A stretch of 64,000 nt of DNA from Promethearchaeota archaeon. Lineage in GTDB: Archaea; Asgardarchaeota; Lokiarchaeia; Sigyniarchaeales; SOKP01. Of this stretch, positions 18,988 to 29,177 are shown in pieces; within the stretch, counting starts at the first letter, position 1; each line of letters begins with the position of its first letter. The stretch lies in the NCBI GenBank assembly GCA_016839745.1, contig JAEOTS010000025.1:1-64000 (forward strand), read 5' to 3'. The position numbers and the translations under genes were made by a program. The notes under the pieces were generated by a model. The model ran no database searches, was not told the origin of the DNA, and saw only the letters and a list, made by a program, of their open reading frames with translations.

Positions 18988-20478
18988 TTATGAATTACGC
19001 CTTTCTTCGTATTCGTTTCTTTTTTGTTCATGAAGAATGCTAACTTCTTTTTTCATCCTTTTAACAATTTCTCCAGTTAAAGGATAAAATTTAATCCATA
19101 TTAGTAAACCGATTAAACATACGATTCCAGGTAGAAGCGTCATGCTTATATTAACGCTTAAAGATGCTCTGGCTAAACCTTCAGTTGCTGATAATCCTTC
19201 GCCTACAAATATTAAACCAAATGCGGTCATTAAAGCTGGTGGTACCGCTAAAGCGACACTTATCATAGGTTTGCTAAGTAACGGTCCTATACCCGCATAA
19301 AGACCCTCTCTTCTTTCACCCGAAATTTTCCAATAATCATAATCTATAGTGTCTGCTCTCATGGGATTATGTTGGACAAATTCACCGGGAAAACCCAGCA
19401 TAAATATTGAAAACCCAATCGATACAAGAATCCAATTACCTGAAAGTCCAGCGAAAAAGCTAAAGAAACCACCTATAGCTAAAGCTCCAAAATAAAATGA
19501 AATGGATGCTTTTGTTGAGTATTTTGAAGCAATTTTTAAAATAATAGGAATTGAAATAATTACACAGAGGATTGGGCCAATCCAGAAGAGAAGCATGTTA
19601 AATCCTTCCATTGGTCCTAAAACCCACGTCAGATAGAAAGGTAAACTCACCATAACTAAGTTCAGAAACAATACTGAAACCCCGTCATATATTATATATA
19701 CTCTAAAAGATGGATTTTTAAAAGCGAGCTTTAAGGATTTAAATAAAGGAGTTTTATTTTCGGGAATATGTTCACTATGTTCGTGTACGTATTTTGATAA
19801 AATTAAGTAAGGAAAGATGCCAAAAACAGCGATAATTACTACTAGCACTTGAAATTGAGCAATAGTATCCGGATTAGGATCTGCTAAGTATATAATTGGA
19901 ATAATGAAACCAATTAAAATCGCCGGTAATTGAAACATGGTACCATAGAGTTGTATTTTCTCTCTCTCCCTTTGATTTAATGTCATTTGAGGGAGCAAAG
20001 CAACATACGCGCATAAAACGAGAGTAAACAACGCATCATAGGCAATTTGGGTCACAAGATACCATACAAACAGCCAAACTTGAATTTGGAGATTTGAAGT
20101 TTGCCCTCTCCACGCCTCTGGGGGAAAAAACACTAAAGCAAAGCACAAACTAAAGATTGGAGCCCCAAACTTAATATATGGGATATATCTTTGTACCTCT
20201 CCTCTTTTTTTGTTATTATACCGAGTATTTCCAATTGCATTACCAAAAATCGGGTCGTTTACTACATTCCAAATCGCATAGATAATTTGTGCGATAGTTA
20301 TCCAAATCGTTAAAAGACCCATCCACGCAAAGTAAAAGGATTGTATTACTCCCATAACGGAACCATAGAACGTACCCGGCATTTGAGCAAAAGCATAAGC
20401 AAACTTTTCCTTCATCGGTACGATTCCCGATGTTACATTTTCTATAGAATGAGCTTCCTCAGTAGATTTATCAGACAT
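18988..20478 (-). CDS. MFS glycoside-pentoside-hexuronide (MelB-like) transporter
   Basis: WNVVNDPIFG, ADTIDYD...GERREG motifs, about 12 TMs. Confidence 0.9.
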   Translation of the reverse strand: MSDKSTEEAHSIENVTSGIVPMKEKFAYAFAQMPGTFYGSVMGVIQSFYFAWMGLLTIWITIAQIIYAIWNVVNDPIFGNAIGNTRYNNKKRGEVQRYIPYIKFGAPIFSLCFALVFFPPEAWRGQTSNLQIQVWLFVWYLVTQIAYDALFTLVLCAYVALLPQMTLNQREREKIQLYGTMFQLPAILIGFIIPIIYLADPNPDTIAQFQVLVVIIAVFGIFPYLILSKYVHEHSEHIPENKTPLFKSLKLAFKNPSFRVYIIYDGVSVLFLNLVMVSLPFYLTWVLGPMEGFNMLLFWIGPILCVIISIPIILKIASKYSTKASISFYFGALAIGGFFSFFAGLSGNWILVSIGFSIFMLGFPGEFVQHNPMRADTIDYDYWKISGERREGLYAGIGPLLSKPMISVALAVPPALMTAFGLIFVGEGLSATEGLARASLSVNISMTLLPGIVCLIGLLIWIKFYPLTGEIVKRMKKEVSILHEQKRNEYEERRNS

Positions 20479-20599
20479 GTTTTAACCCCCAAATTCGTAA
20501 AAATCTCAAAATATCTAATAAATTAGAAAATTCGAATCGATATTTTAATATTATGTAAAATATAGGTAAAAAAAAAGTAAAAATAAAAAAATTTAATCT

Positions 20600-21781
20600 T
20601 TAAGCTCTATCTCGTTTGAATACGCTTGGCATTGCGTGTTCATATTTTTTCATCGCGAAGCGTGATATGATAATGCGTTGTATTTCACTTGTTCCTTCAT
20701 AGATTTGATAAAGCTTTGCGTCTCTGAATAATTTTTCAACAGGATATGTCCTTAAATAACCATATCCTCCATATATTTGTACTGCTTCGGTTGTTACATT
20801 CATTGCAACATCAGAGGCGAAAGCTTTAGCAATAGCAGAACTCATATTATTATCTAATCCTTGATCCGCTTCCCAAGCTGCTTTGTGGGTCAATAATCGA
20901 GCTGCTTCAATATCTTTATACATATTCGCTATTTTTTCTTGAATTACTTGATAATTCGCAATAGGTCTACCAAACGCTTCTCTTTTCTGAGCATAATCAA
21001 TTGAATATTCCATAGCTGAGCGAGCACAGCCTACAGCAAAAGCCCCTATTGCAGGACGAGTGTGAGCAAAAGTCTGCATCCCTAAGACAAATCCTCTACC
21101 AGGTTTAGCTAGAACATTCTCTTTGGGGATTCTTACATTCTTTAGAGCTACGGCAACAGTATTGGATGATCTCTGACCAAGTTTTGGGATATGTTTCCCT
21201 AATTTCACTCCCTCCGTCTTAGTATCTACGATAAAAGCTCCAATTCCTTTATGTTTTTTTTCAGGATCGGCTGTAGCAAAAACTGTAATATAATCAGCAT
21301 ATCCACCATTCGTAATCCAGAATTTAGCCCCATTTAATATATATTCTTCCCCATCTTTTTCAGCGCGACATTTCATGCCAGCCACATCAGATCCCATTGT
21401 TGGTTCTGATGTTGCGAATGCGATAAGCTTAGGTTCATTAATTAACTCACCTAAAATTCTCTCCTTTTGCTCCTCATTTCCTCCAATAACGATTGGTTCA
21501 GCACCAAGGTTATTATCAAAAATAGAAGTAGCCATTCCGGGACATGCTGAAGACATTTCTTCTACTACTAAACAAGCATCAAGCAATCCATAGCCTTGCC
21601 CTCCGTATTTCTTTGGTATTCCTAAATTTAATAATTTTTCTTCCCATGCTTTTTTAATTACCGGTAAGGGGAATTCTTCAGATTCATCGTATTTTCGAGC
21701 AACGGGTAAGACTTCTCTAATGGCAAATTCTCTTGCTTTTGCTTTTAATTTCTTTTGTTCTTCTGTTAATGTAAAATCCAT
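20600..21781 (-). CDS. Acyl-CoA dehydrogenase
   Basis: FATSEPTMGSD, LNGAKFWITNG, QIYGGYGY, IYEGTSEIQR. Confidence 0.95.
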   Translation of the reverse strand: MDFTLTEEQKKLKAKAREFAIREVLPVARKYDESEEFPLPVIKKAWEEKLLNLGIPKKYGGQGYGLLDACLVVEEMSSACPGMATSIFDNNLGAEPIVIGGNEEQKERILGELINEPKLIAFATSEPTMGSDVAGMKCRAEKDGEEYILNGAKFWITNGGYADYITVFATADPEKKHKGIGAFIVDTKTEGVKLGKHIPKLGQRSSNTVAVALKNVRIPKENVLAKPGRGFVLGMQTFAHTRPAIGAFAVGCARSAMEYSIDYAQKREAFGRPIANYQVIQEKIANMYKDIEAARLLTHKAAWEADQGLDNNMSSAIAKAFASDVAMNVTTEAVQIYGGYGYLRTYPVEKLFRDAKLYQIYEGTSEIQRIIISRFAMKKYEHAMPSVFKRDRA

Positions 21782-21785
21782 AAAT

Positions 21786-22997
21786 TTATACCTCCATTTT
21801 TTTAACTAATTTATCCACAATTTCCTTAAAGTTTAAATCACTAGGTTTTGGAACGAATTGTATTTCAATTGAATCGTCCAACATCGCTATTCCAGTGGCT
21901 TCCATTTCACTGATTATAGCTCTAACCGCACCTCTGCTCCAACCATATGATCCAAAAGCTAAACCAACCTTGTTCATTGGTTTTAAGCCTTTCTGGTAAC
22001 ATAAATATTCTGCTACGGAGGGAAAAAGTCCCCGATTTAAAGTTGGACTTCCAATAATAATAGCTTTAGCTTTCATTGCTTCAGTTATTACATCACTATA
22101 ATCAGAAGAGGTTAAATTGAACCGTTTTACTGGAATTCCCCTACGCCAAATCTCGTGGTAGAGTTCTTTCGCAATCTTGGTTGTACTTTCCCACATGCTG
22201 TCATATATAATCACAACTGAATTTTCTTCAATTTCTCCGGTTGACCATTTTGTATAAGCTTCTATGATTTCAGGGATATTCTTTCTCCAACACACCCCAT
22301 GTGAAGGACAAATAACATCTATCGGTAAAGCTCCAACGACGGGGAGAGTCTTAGCAATTAAGTTAGATAAATGAAGCAAAATATTTGCATAATATTTTTC
22401 TGCTTCCCACATTATTTCTGAAAATTTATTTTCATCATCCCAGTGTTTTGATGCAGCAAAATGTTGCCCGAAAGCATCGTTGGAAAATAACACATTTTTT
22501 CCTTTTTCGTCAGTCATAAAAGAAACCATCGAATCAGGCCAATGGATCATTGGAATAGGAACAAAAGTAAAAACTTTACCATTTCCAACATCTAAAGTAT
22601 CACCATTTTTTACTGCTCGTATTTTTTCAAAAATACTTTTATCTACTTCTTCATGATAATGTTGTTCTAAAATTTCAACCCCCTTTGTGGAGGCAATAAT
22701 CTCAGCATTTGGTAAATATTCCAATACTAACGGAAAAGAACCCGAATGATCTGGTTCGATATGATTCATAATAAGATAATCAATGTCTTTGAATTCACAC
22801 ACCGATTGAATGTGTTCTAAATAATACTTGAAGTACTGTCTTTTTACGGTATCAATTAATATCGTTTTATCTCCACTTTTTACAACATATGCATTATAAG
22901 AAGAACCCTTATGAGTCGAATATCCGTGAAAATTCCTTACTTCCCAGTCAACATAACCAACATAATATACATCTTTTAGTAATTCTAAACTTGACAT
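21786..22997 (-). CDS. fprA: Flavodiiron protein (A-type flavoprotein)
   Basis: SYNAY, NHIEPDHSG, HWPDS, SNDAFG, PSHG, flavodoxin domain FGSYGW. Confidence 0.95.
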   Translation of the reverse strand: MSSLELLKDVYYVGYVDWEVRNFHGYSTHKGSSYNAYVVKSGDKTILIDTVKRQYFKYYLEHIQSVCEFKDIDYLIMNHIEPDHSGSFPLVLEYLPNAEIIASTKGVEILEQHYHEEVDKSIFEKIRAVKNGDTLDVGNGKVFTFVPIPMIHWPDSMVSFMTDEKGKNVLFSNDAFGQHFAASKHWDDENKFSEIMWEAEKYYANILLHLSNLIAKTLPVVGALPIDVICPSHGVCWRKNIPEIIEAYTKWSTGEIEENSVVIIYDSMWESTTKIAKELYHEIWRRGIPVKRFNLTSSDYSDVITEAMKAKAIIIGSPTLNRGLFPSVAEYLCYQKGLKPMNKVGLAFGSYGWSRGAVRAIISEMEATGIAMLDDSIEIQFVPKPSDLNFKEIVDKLVKKMEV

Positions 22998-23178
22998 TCT
23001 CTTCTCCCTTTTACTTATTAATAGAATATTGTTAATTAAGTTATTAGAACTTTGAAGTTATTTTAAAGTTAATTTATATATCCTATAAATTCTTAACAAC
23101 TAATCGAGTCTAAAATTAGTCCATTCTCAAAATTTCATGTAAAAAGGAAGAAAAAAATAAAATTAATTAAAGTATATC

Positions 23179-23313
23179 TTAAATTTGTGTAAAGAAACTC
23201 TTATCAACTCCGCAGACTGGGCATACCCAATCATCAGGGAGATCTTCGAACTTGGTGCCTTCTTTATCTTCGTCGTAAACATAACCGCAAGCGCCACATT
23301 CCCATTTAGCCAC
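23179..23313 (-). CDS. Rubredoxin (44 aa)
   Basis: Manual translation from GTG: [44 protein letters not shown]; below the ORF-track cutoff. Confidence 0.95.
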   Translation of the reverse strand: MAKWECGACGYVYDEDKEGTKFEDLPDDWVCPVCGVDKSFFTQI

Positions 23314-23562
23314 AATAAACTACCTTTATTTTAATTTGTTTAATATTTTATAAATAAATGTATAATAATCTTTATCTTTCTTTTATTTTTAATAAATTTA
23401 ATTTCTTTAGGTTATAAAGTTCATATACTTGGGTTACCCAAAAAATTGCTGAAAAGTATAAATTTCTTTTACTATCAATTTAAATTTTTAAATTCATTGA
23501 TATAATCAATTTTAGATTATAATCAGAATAAGCCTAATTAATAAGAAATAGAGGGAGTATAA

Positions 23563-24285
23563 TTGGATTTAATTACTACTTATTTAAGTTTTCCTTATGA
23601 AAAAATTGATGATGCGAATAGAATATTCATAGAAACAGTACAGAAAAATCTGATAGATCCTGATTTATTCGAAAAAAAACCCATACAACCAGTGATGATA
23701 TGGTATTCAGAAGATTATGTTATAATTACTTCTATACTTGAAGTGAAGGAAGGTAAGCTTAAAGAGGCTTTTAATTTTCTTGATATTAGAAAAAAGTGGT
23801 GGCCTCTAGAGGAAGGGTATAAAGTAGATGCTTGGGTGTCACCTCAAAGTGGAAAAACAAGGCCTACTTTTTTTGGAGAAAAGTATTTGATCTTTGTAAG
23901 CTACGCAACAAAAGATGCTCAAACCTTTAAAATTAATGAATTCGCCAAAAAATTAAAAGGCTTTCCAGAAATTAAGAAAGTTCTTTATTGGCAGGAACAT
24001 ATGCAGGATAACATCTTTAAGTTTATGAATGATAATCTAGGAAAATGTGACATAATGTTGTTATTTTGTTCAAAGAACGCGCTAAACTCCAAACCTGTTG
24101 AGAAGGAATGGACAGCAGCCGAAGCAATTGGTGTTCCAATTATTCCAATATTTATTGATACAGATCATATTCCTCCCCTTCTTAAATCAAGATTAGGTAT
24201 TGAATATGATATTAATGATATAGATAAAAATATTCGAGATTTGCGTACTTTAATCTTAAAAAAGATTAAAGGAGTATCAGACTAA
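23563..24285 (+). CDS. Soluble TIR-domain protein with a small N-terminal domain
   Basis: C-terminal TIR: IFVSYA, CDIMLLFCSKNALNSKPVEKEW, IIPIF; no TM segment. Confidence 0.85.
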   Translation: MDLITTYLSFPYEKIDDANRIFIETVQKNLIDPDLFEKKPIQPVMIWYSEDYVIITSILEVKEGKLKEAFNFLDIRKKWWPLEEGYKVDAWVSPQSGKTRPTFFGEKYLIFVSYATKDAQTFKINEFAKKLKGFPEIKKVLYWQEHMQDNIFKFMNDNLGKCDIMLLFCSKNALNSKPVEKEWTAAEAIGVPIIPIFIDTDHIPPLLKSRLGIEYDINDIDKNIRDLRTLILKKIKGVSD

Positions 24286-24325
24286 TTAAAATTGAAAAAT
24301 ACAAATATAAACAGGATGCTTAGAG

Positions 24326-24454
24326 ATGAAAGACAAATATCTGCCAACTTTAGAATCGCTAGGCCGTCATCCTTTACCAGAGTGGTATGATGATGCAAAA
24401 TTGGGCATGTTTATAGGTTGGGGTTTGTATTCAATCGCTGGTTGGAACTATTAG
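24326..24454 (+). pseudogene. 5' remnant of a GH29 alpha-L-fucosidase
   Basis: 42 aa [42 protein letters not shown], matching the GH29 N-terminal PxWxxDAKFGxFIHWGxYS motif, then truncated. Confidence 0.8.
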
Positions 24455-24456
24455 AA

Positions 24457-24777
24457 CTAAGAAGGAAAAAATCCTGCTTTTTTCAACGCTTCCATAGAAA
24501 TTCTGCTACTTGGGCTATCTCCTCTTGCTACATTGACACTGACTTCACCCTCTACTGCTTTAAAAATTTCAGCTACATCACCATGTGTGAATCCAGGGCA
24601 TAACATAATAGCTTCTATCGACTCATTTTGCCAATATTCTTTTGATACTTGTACTGCCTCTTCTTGGGTTTTAACAACAACAGAATACAATTTATACATT
24701 CCAGTATCAATTACAGTTCTATGTTTTTTATAATCTGCATCAGGTGCGTGTGCAATGAATAAAGCTTTAAATGTCAT
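24457..24777 (-). CDS. Small conserved protein (DUF6506-like)
   Basis: 106 aa, FKALFI...IMLCPGF...VARGD pattern recalled for this family. Confidence 0.65.
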   Translation of the reverse strand: MTFKALFIAHAPDADYKKHRTVIDTGMYKLYSVVVKTQEEAVQVSKEYWQNESIEAIMLCPGFTHGDVAEIFKAVEGEVSVNVARGDSPSSRISMEALKKAGFFPS

Positions 24778-24900
24778 ATTAATGATTATCCATGGTTAAT
24801 ATTAAGTTTTTACTAAGCTATTGTTAATGAATAGAAAATTGTATTAACATGGAGTTTAAGGAATTTATTTAAGTTTTAAAATAATTTATACAAAAAGAAC

Positions 24901-26532
24901 CTATTTAGGTCGTCTAATCACTCTTCCTGGAGATTTTCGATTCTTTTTTCCGCTTTCGACGACGATAACACCATTTACAAAGACATATGGAATACCTTCA
25001 GGAAGTTGATAAGGTTGTTCGTAGGTTGCTTTATCAATAACCTTTTCAGGGTCAAAGATAACAATATCAGCCCAATTTCCTTCTCTAATAAGTCCTCTGT
25101 CTTGGAGTCCAAGCCGTTGCGCTGGAAACGATGTCATCTTACGAATTGCCTGTTCTAAGGTCAAAACTTTTTCTTTTCTGACATATTTACCCAGAATACG
25201 AGGATATGTTCCAAAGAACCTTGGATGGAATGCTCCAGCGCTAAAAGAAGCGGGAACTCCAGAACCATCTGTCCCAACCATTTGATAACGGCTAGTCATG
25301 ATTCTCTGAATATCTTCTTCTCCCATACTTTGTATGGTGGTCATGACATTTAGTTCGTTGTCAATTAATAGATTAAAAAAAGTATCAAAATCGTCTGAGA
25401 ATCCTTTGATTTTTGTGATTTCTGTGATATTCTTTGATATTATATCCTTCCATTTATCGTGAGTAACCGTTGAAATAAAGAAATTATGAAAACTCTCGTC
25501 ACGAATCCAATTTTCCCATCCTTTAATTCCTTCTTTAACCTCTGTTCTTATTCGCTCTTGATTTTCTGGTTTCCTTATGCGATTTAAAATATCTTCATTT
25601 TTTCCTTCGCGTACCCATGGAGGTAATGCCGTCATAAGTCCAGCCATACCACGATTATAAGGATATTGATCACATGTTATACTAATGCCTCGCTCGTTAG
25701 CCTCTTCAATTAAACTTAAAGTTTCCTTGCTAGTACCCCAGTAAGGTTTGCCAGATATTTTGTGATGAGCTATTTGTCCTCCAACACAACCGGATTTCTC
25801 AACGATTTCAATAACTTCCCCTACGGCTTTTAAAACCGTTGCCCCCTCACCACGTATGTGAGAAAAATACAATCCATTATATTCAGCAACTACTTTGGCT
25901 AATTCAATTATTTCATCTGTTTTTGCGAATACTTGAGGAGCATAGATCAAACCCGTACTCATACCAAAAGCTCCAGCCTCCATTGCTTCACGTAAATAAC
26001 CCTTCATTTTTTGGATTTGTTCTGGATTAGCAGGACGATTTTCGCCCCCTTGACCAGCAGCCCACTGTAAATTGCCATAACCTACAAAAAACACTAAATT
26101 TGCAGAATTCCGTTTCTTTTCGTTATAATTTAGGTATTCTGCGAATGTATGATAAGGAAACTCAAATTGAGAAAGGTTTGGGTCGATTTTACTTATTAAC
26201 TTAAGGAAGTCTTCTTCTCTTCCCTCAGGAATGGGGGCCATACCTTCTCCACACATTCCGACCACTGCTGTTGTTACTCCTTGGTATAATGTACACTCTT
26301 GACCTCTGCTACCCGGTAAAATATAATCAGTATGGGAGTGAATATCTATAAATCCGGGACATATTATCAAACCCCTGGCATCTATAACTTTCTTAGCGTC
26401 ACTTTTTATCTTTGGACTTATTTCCACTATTTTTCCGTCCTTAATTCCGATTTCTCCAGAATACCAGGGATTTCCCGTTCCATCAATTATTCTTCCATCT
26501 TTGATAATAATTTCATAATCCATGCTTAACAA
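24901..26532 (-). CDS. N-acyl-D-amino acid deacylase (amidohydrolase)
   Basis: IIDGTG, PGFIDIHSHTD, GMCG, SHIRGEG, DQYPY, HPRFFGTYPR. Confidence 0.92.
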   Translation of the reverse strand: MLSMDYEIIIKDGRIIDGTGNPWYSGEIGIKDGKIVEISPKIKSDAKKVIDARGLIICPGFIDIHSHTDYILPGSRGQECTLYQGVTTAVVGMCGEGMAPIPEGREEDFLKLISKIDPNLSQFEFPYHTFAEYLNYNEKKRNSANLVFFVGYGNLQWAAGQGGENRPANPEQIQKMKGYLREAMEAGAFGMSTGLIYAPQVFAKTDEIIELAKVVAEYNGLYFSHIRGEGATVLKAVGEVIEIVEKSGCVGGQIAHHKISGKPYWGTSKETLSLIEEANERGISITCDQYPYNRGMAGLMTALPPWVREGKNEDILNRIRKPENQERIRTEVKEGIKGWENWIRDESFHNFFISTVTHDKWKDIISKNITEITKIKGFSDDFDTFFNLLIDNELNVMTTIQSMGEEDIQRIMTSRYQMVGTDGSGVPASFSAGAFHPRFFGTYPRILGKYVRKEKVLTLEQAIRKMTSFPAQRLGLQDRGLIREGNWADIVIFDPEKVIDKATYEQPYQLPEGIPYVFVNGVIVVESGKKNRKSPGRVIRRPK

Positions 26533-26616
26533 ATCTAAGAGTTATATGAGTAGATTAAATAATTATATATTAAAAAAATAGTAGATTTTCTCAAATTTGA
26601 GCAACTAAATTTGAAT

Positions 26617-26763
26617 TTATTTTGGAGATTGCTTTTTCACGAAAAAATTCTTAGAGGTACGACACCTTGGGCATTTATAGTTGTCACCAACCTTTTCAAA
26701 CGGAATCTCGTGTTCTTCGTCTATATATACGTAATTACATCTTTTACAGCGGTGTATTGTCAT
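26617..26763 (-). CDS. Rubredoxin-like protein (48 aa)
   Basis: Manual translation MTIHRCKRCNYVYIDEEHEIPFEKVGDNYKCPRCRTSKNFFVKKQSPK; directly downstream of the reductase gene. Confidence 0.8.
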   Translation of the reverse strand: MTIHRCKRCNYVYIDEEHEIPFEKVGDNYKCPRCRTSKNFFVKKQSPK

Positions 26764-26771
26764 AATCTTCA

Positions 26772-28118
26772 CTATTTATTTTGTTGTTTTTTGAAACCTT
26801 CTTTTGGGTGTTTACAATTTAGACATTTCCAATCGTTTGGTAAATCTTTGAAGAGAATTTCCCTTTTTGTTTCATCATATTCCGCTCCACAATTAGAGCA
26901 TATATAGAGATATAGCTCAAGAATATCCATAAGTTCTTCTCGGGTGACATCTTGCTCCATCTTTTTATAAACAAACGACATAGCTTTGTTGTCTCCAAAG
27001 AGAATGGCTCCTTTAAGAGTGTTATCTTTTAATACTAACTTCTGATAGCAGCAATCTTTCTTATCTGCTCTTTTTAGAATATCCCAACCGCCTCCTACTT
27101 CCTGTGAAGGATCAAAAACTCCAATTGAAGTCAATTCTAAACCTACAATTTTTAAGGTATTTTTTGGTGTAGTTCCCTTGTATTCTATCTTTTTTAAGCC
27201 CAAGACAGATGCAGCGACGATTTTTGACTGTTCCATGCAAGCTGGGATAATTCCCCAAGTTTGATTTTTATATTCCACGCAATCTCCTACGGCAAAAATA
27301 TTTTTTTTACTTGTCTCCAAGTATTCATCAACTATGATGCCTCGATTGGTTTCTAATCCGGAATTTTGTGCAAGATCGATTGTAGCTCTAATTCCCGCTT
27401 GGATTAAAACAATATCAGCATCAATTTTTTGCCCATCTTTTAACTTAATTCCATTGACAGCTCCATTACCCACGATTTCTTCGGTTGCTGCATTTAAAAC
27501 AACATTAATACCTTTAGATTCAATTTCATTCTTTAACATGCCACTACATTCGTCATCTAGCTGCCTTGGTAATAATCGTGGAAAAAATTCAACGACCGTA
27601 GCATCCAAATTAGCGTTTTTAATTTGGTTAGCTAATTCTAATCCTAGTAGCCCTCCTCCTATAATAATAGCTTTTTTAGCTTTGACATTTTGAATAAATT
27701 CTTTTATTTCTAACGCATCATCAATGGTTCTTAACGTAAATACGCCTTTTCCTACCATTTCTCTGGCGTTTTTAATGGGAGGGATATTTGGAACACTACC
27801 CAAAGCTAATATTAACTTGTCATAAGAAACAGGGTCGTCCTGACCTTCAATAAAGAGAACTTTTTGATCTGGTTCAATTTTGGTCACCTTACTGTTTAGG
27901 TTTAGTTTGATATTTTTATCCTTATACCAATCATCTTTAAAAACGATCAAATCTTCAGCTTGAATTTTACCAGGAATTAATTCTGGTAAATTAACTCTCG
28001 TGTAATAGGGATACCGCTCTTGAGTAAAAATTTCAATTTCTACATCTTCATTTAAAAAATGTATGTTTTGAGCTGTAAATGTTCCAGCGACATTATTCCC
28101 CACGATTACAACTTTCAT
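26772..28118 (-). CDS. NAD(P)H:rubredoxin oxidoreductase-like flavoprotein with fused C-terminal rubredoxin
   Basis: VIVGNNVAG, YDKLILALGS, GGGLLGLE, FAVGDC; C-terminal YICSNCG...LPNDWKCLNC. Confidence 0.9.
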   Translation of the reverse strand: MKVVIVGNNVAGTFTAQNIHFLNEDVEIEIFTQERYPYYTRVNLPELIPGKIQAEDLIVFKDDWYKDKNIKLNLNSKVTKIEPDQKVLFIEGQDDPVSYDKLILALGSVPNIPPIKNAREMVGKGVFTLRTIDDALEIKEFIQNVKAKKAIIIGGGLLGLELANQIKNANLDATVVEFFPRLLPRQLDDECSGMLKNEIESKGINVVLNAATEEIVGNGAVNGIKLKDGQKIDADIVLIQAGIRATIDLAQNSGLETNRGIIVDEYLETSKKNIFAVGDCVEYKNQTWGIIPACMEQSKIVAASVLGLKKIEYKGTTPKNTLKIVGLELTSIGVFDPSQEVGGGWDILKRADKKDCCYQKLVLKDNTLKGAILFGDNKAMSFVYKKMEQDVTREELMDILELYLYICSNCGAEYDETKREILFKDLPNDWKCLNCKHPKEGFKKQQNK

Positions 28119-28241
28119 AGTTTTTATACTGATTTTTTCTTATTTTAAAGTTATCATTATATTCTGAAAATTATAACGATTCGAGCTGAAAAGAACATGT
28201 TCGAAATTAAAAATATATAATCATCTCCATTTGTTCTAAAT

Positions 28242-29027
28242 ATGACTGAAATAGAACACCAAAATAAAGTTGTAAGAAAAATAATTCACATTGATGAAGA
28301 ACTTTGTACCGGTTGCGGTAATTGTATCGTAGATTGTGCTGAAGCTGCTCTTGAAATTGTCGATGGAAAAGCCAAAGTTGTCAATGATCTTTTCTGTGAT
28401 GGTTTAGGTGCTTGTATCCAAGGATGTCCTACAGGTGCCCTTGAAATAATTGAAAGAGAAGCTGCAGAATTCGACGAAGAAGCTGTCGAAAAAAGACTAG
28501 AAACTTTAAAGAGCACGGAAGAAGCAGAATTAAAGCAAGTTAAGGAAATCGTTGCCGAACATTCACACCAATGTGGTTGTCCATCCTCTCAGACGATGGT
28601 TTTTGATGAACCTAAAGTTCAAAATGAAGCTACAGGAAAGATATCTTCTACTTTACGACAATGGCCAGTTCAAATGCATTTAATCAATCCGAATGCTCCA
28701 TATTATCAAGGGGCTGATGTCTTAATTTCTGCAGACTGTGTTGGTTATTCTTATGGAGATTTTCATAGAGATTTCTTAAATTCCAAATCAATTGCTATTG
28801 CTTGTCCAAAACTAGACCAAGGGAAAGAAGTTTATATTGAAAAAATTAAGAGTTTAATAGATGATGCCAAGATTAATACGCTTACTGTAGCTATCATGGA
28901 AGTTCCGTGTTGTTCTGGATTATTAGCTTTAGCTCAAGAAGGTGCTAAACGAGCAAGTAGAAAGGTCCCTATAAAGTACGTTGTAATAGGAGTCAAAGGG
29001 GATCTTCTAAAGGAAGAATGGTTATAA
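28242..29027 (+). CDS. 4Fe-4S ferredoxin-domain protein
   Basis: CTGCGNCIVDC, CDGLGACIQGCP, QWPVQ, ACPKLD, MEVPCC. Confidence 0.85.
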   Translation: MTEIEHQNKVVRKIIHIDEELCTGCGNCIVDCAEAALEIVDGKAKVVNDLFCDGLGACIQGCPTGALEIIEREAAEFDEEAVEKRLETLKSTEEAELKQVKEIVAEHSHQCGCPSSQTMVFDEPKVQNEATGKISSTLRQWPVQMHLINPNAPYYQGADVLISADCVGYSYGDFHRDFLNSKSIAIACPKLDQGKEVYIEKIKSLIDDAKINTLTVAIMEVPCCSGLLALAQEGAKRASRKVPIKYVVIGVKGDLLKEEWL

Positions 29028-29177
29028 AACAATTTTTTTCTTTTTCTTTTTAATTTTATATTATGTAAATCCTATTATCCCATTTATTAACTAGTATTAT
29101 TTTTTTTGAAGTTATTCACATTCTCATAGTTTAATTTTAATAAGTTTAAACTTCAATGAAAAATTAAGTATAACATT

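Noticed and set aside
8500-28210. Recurrent AAGAAC/GTTCTT half-sites upstream of redox genes (about 8507, 11013, 14678, 15517, 28191)
   Set aside because: Too short and inconsistently spaced to distinguish from chance in AT-rich DNA without a statistical test
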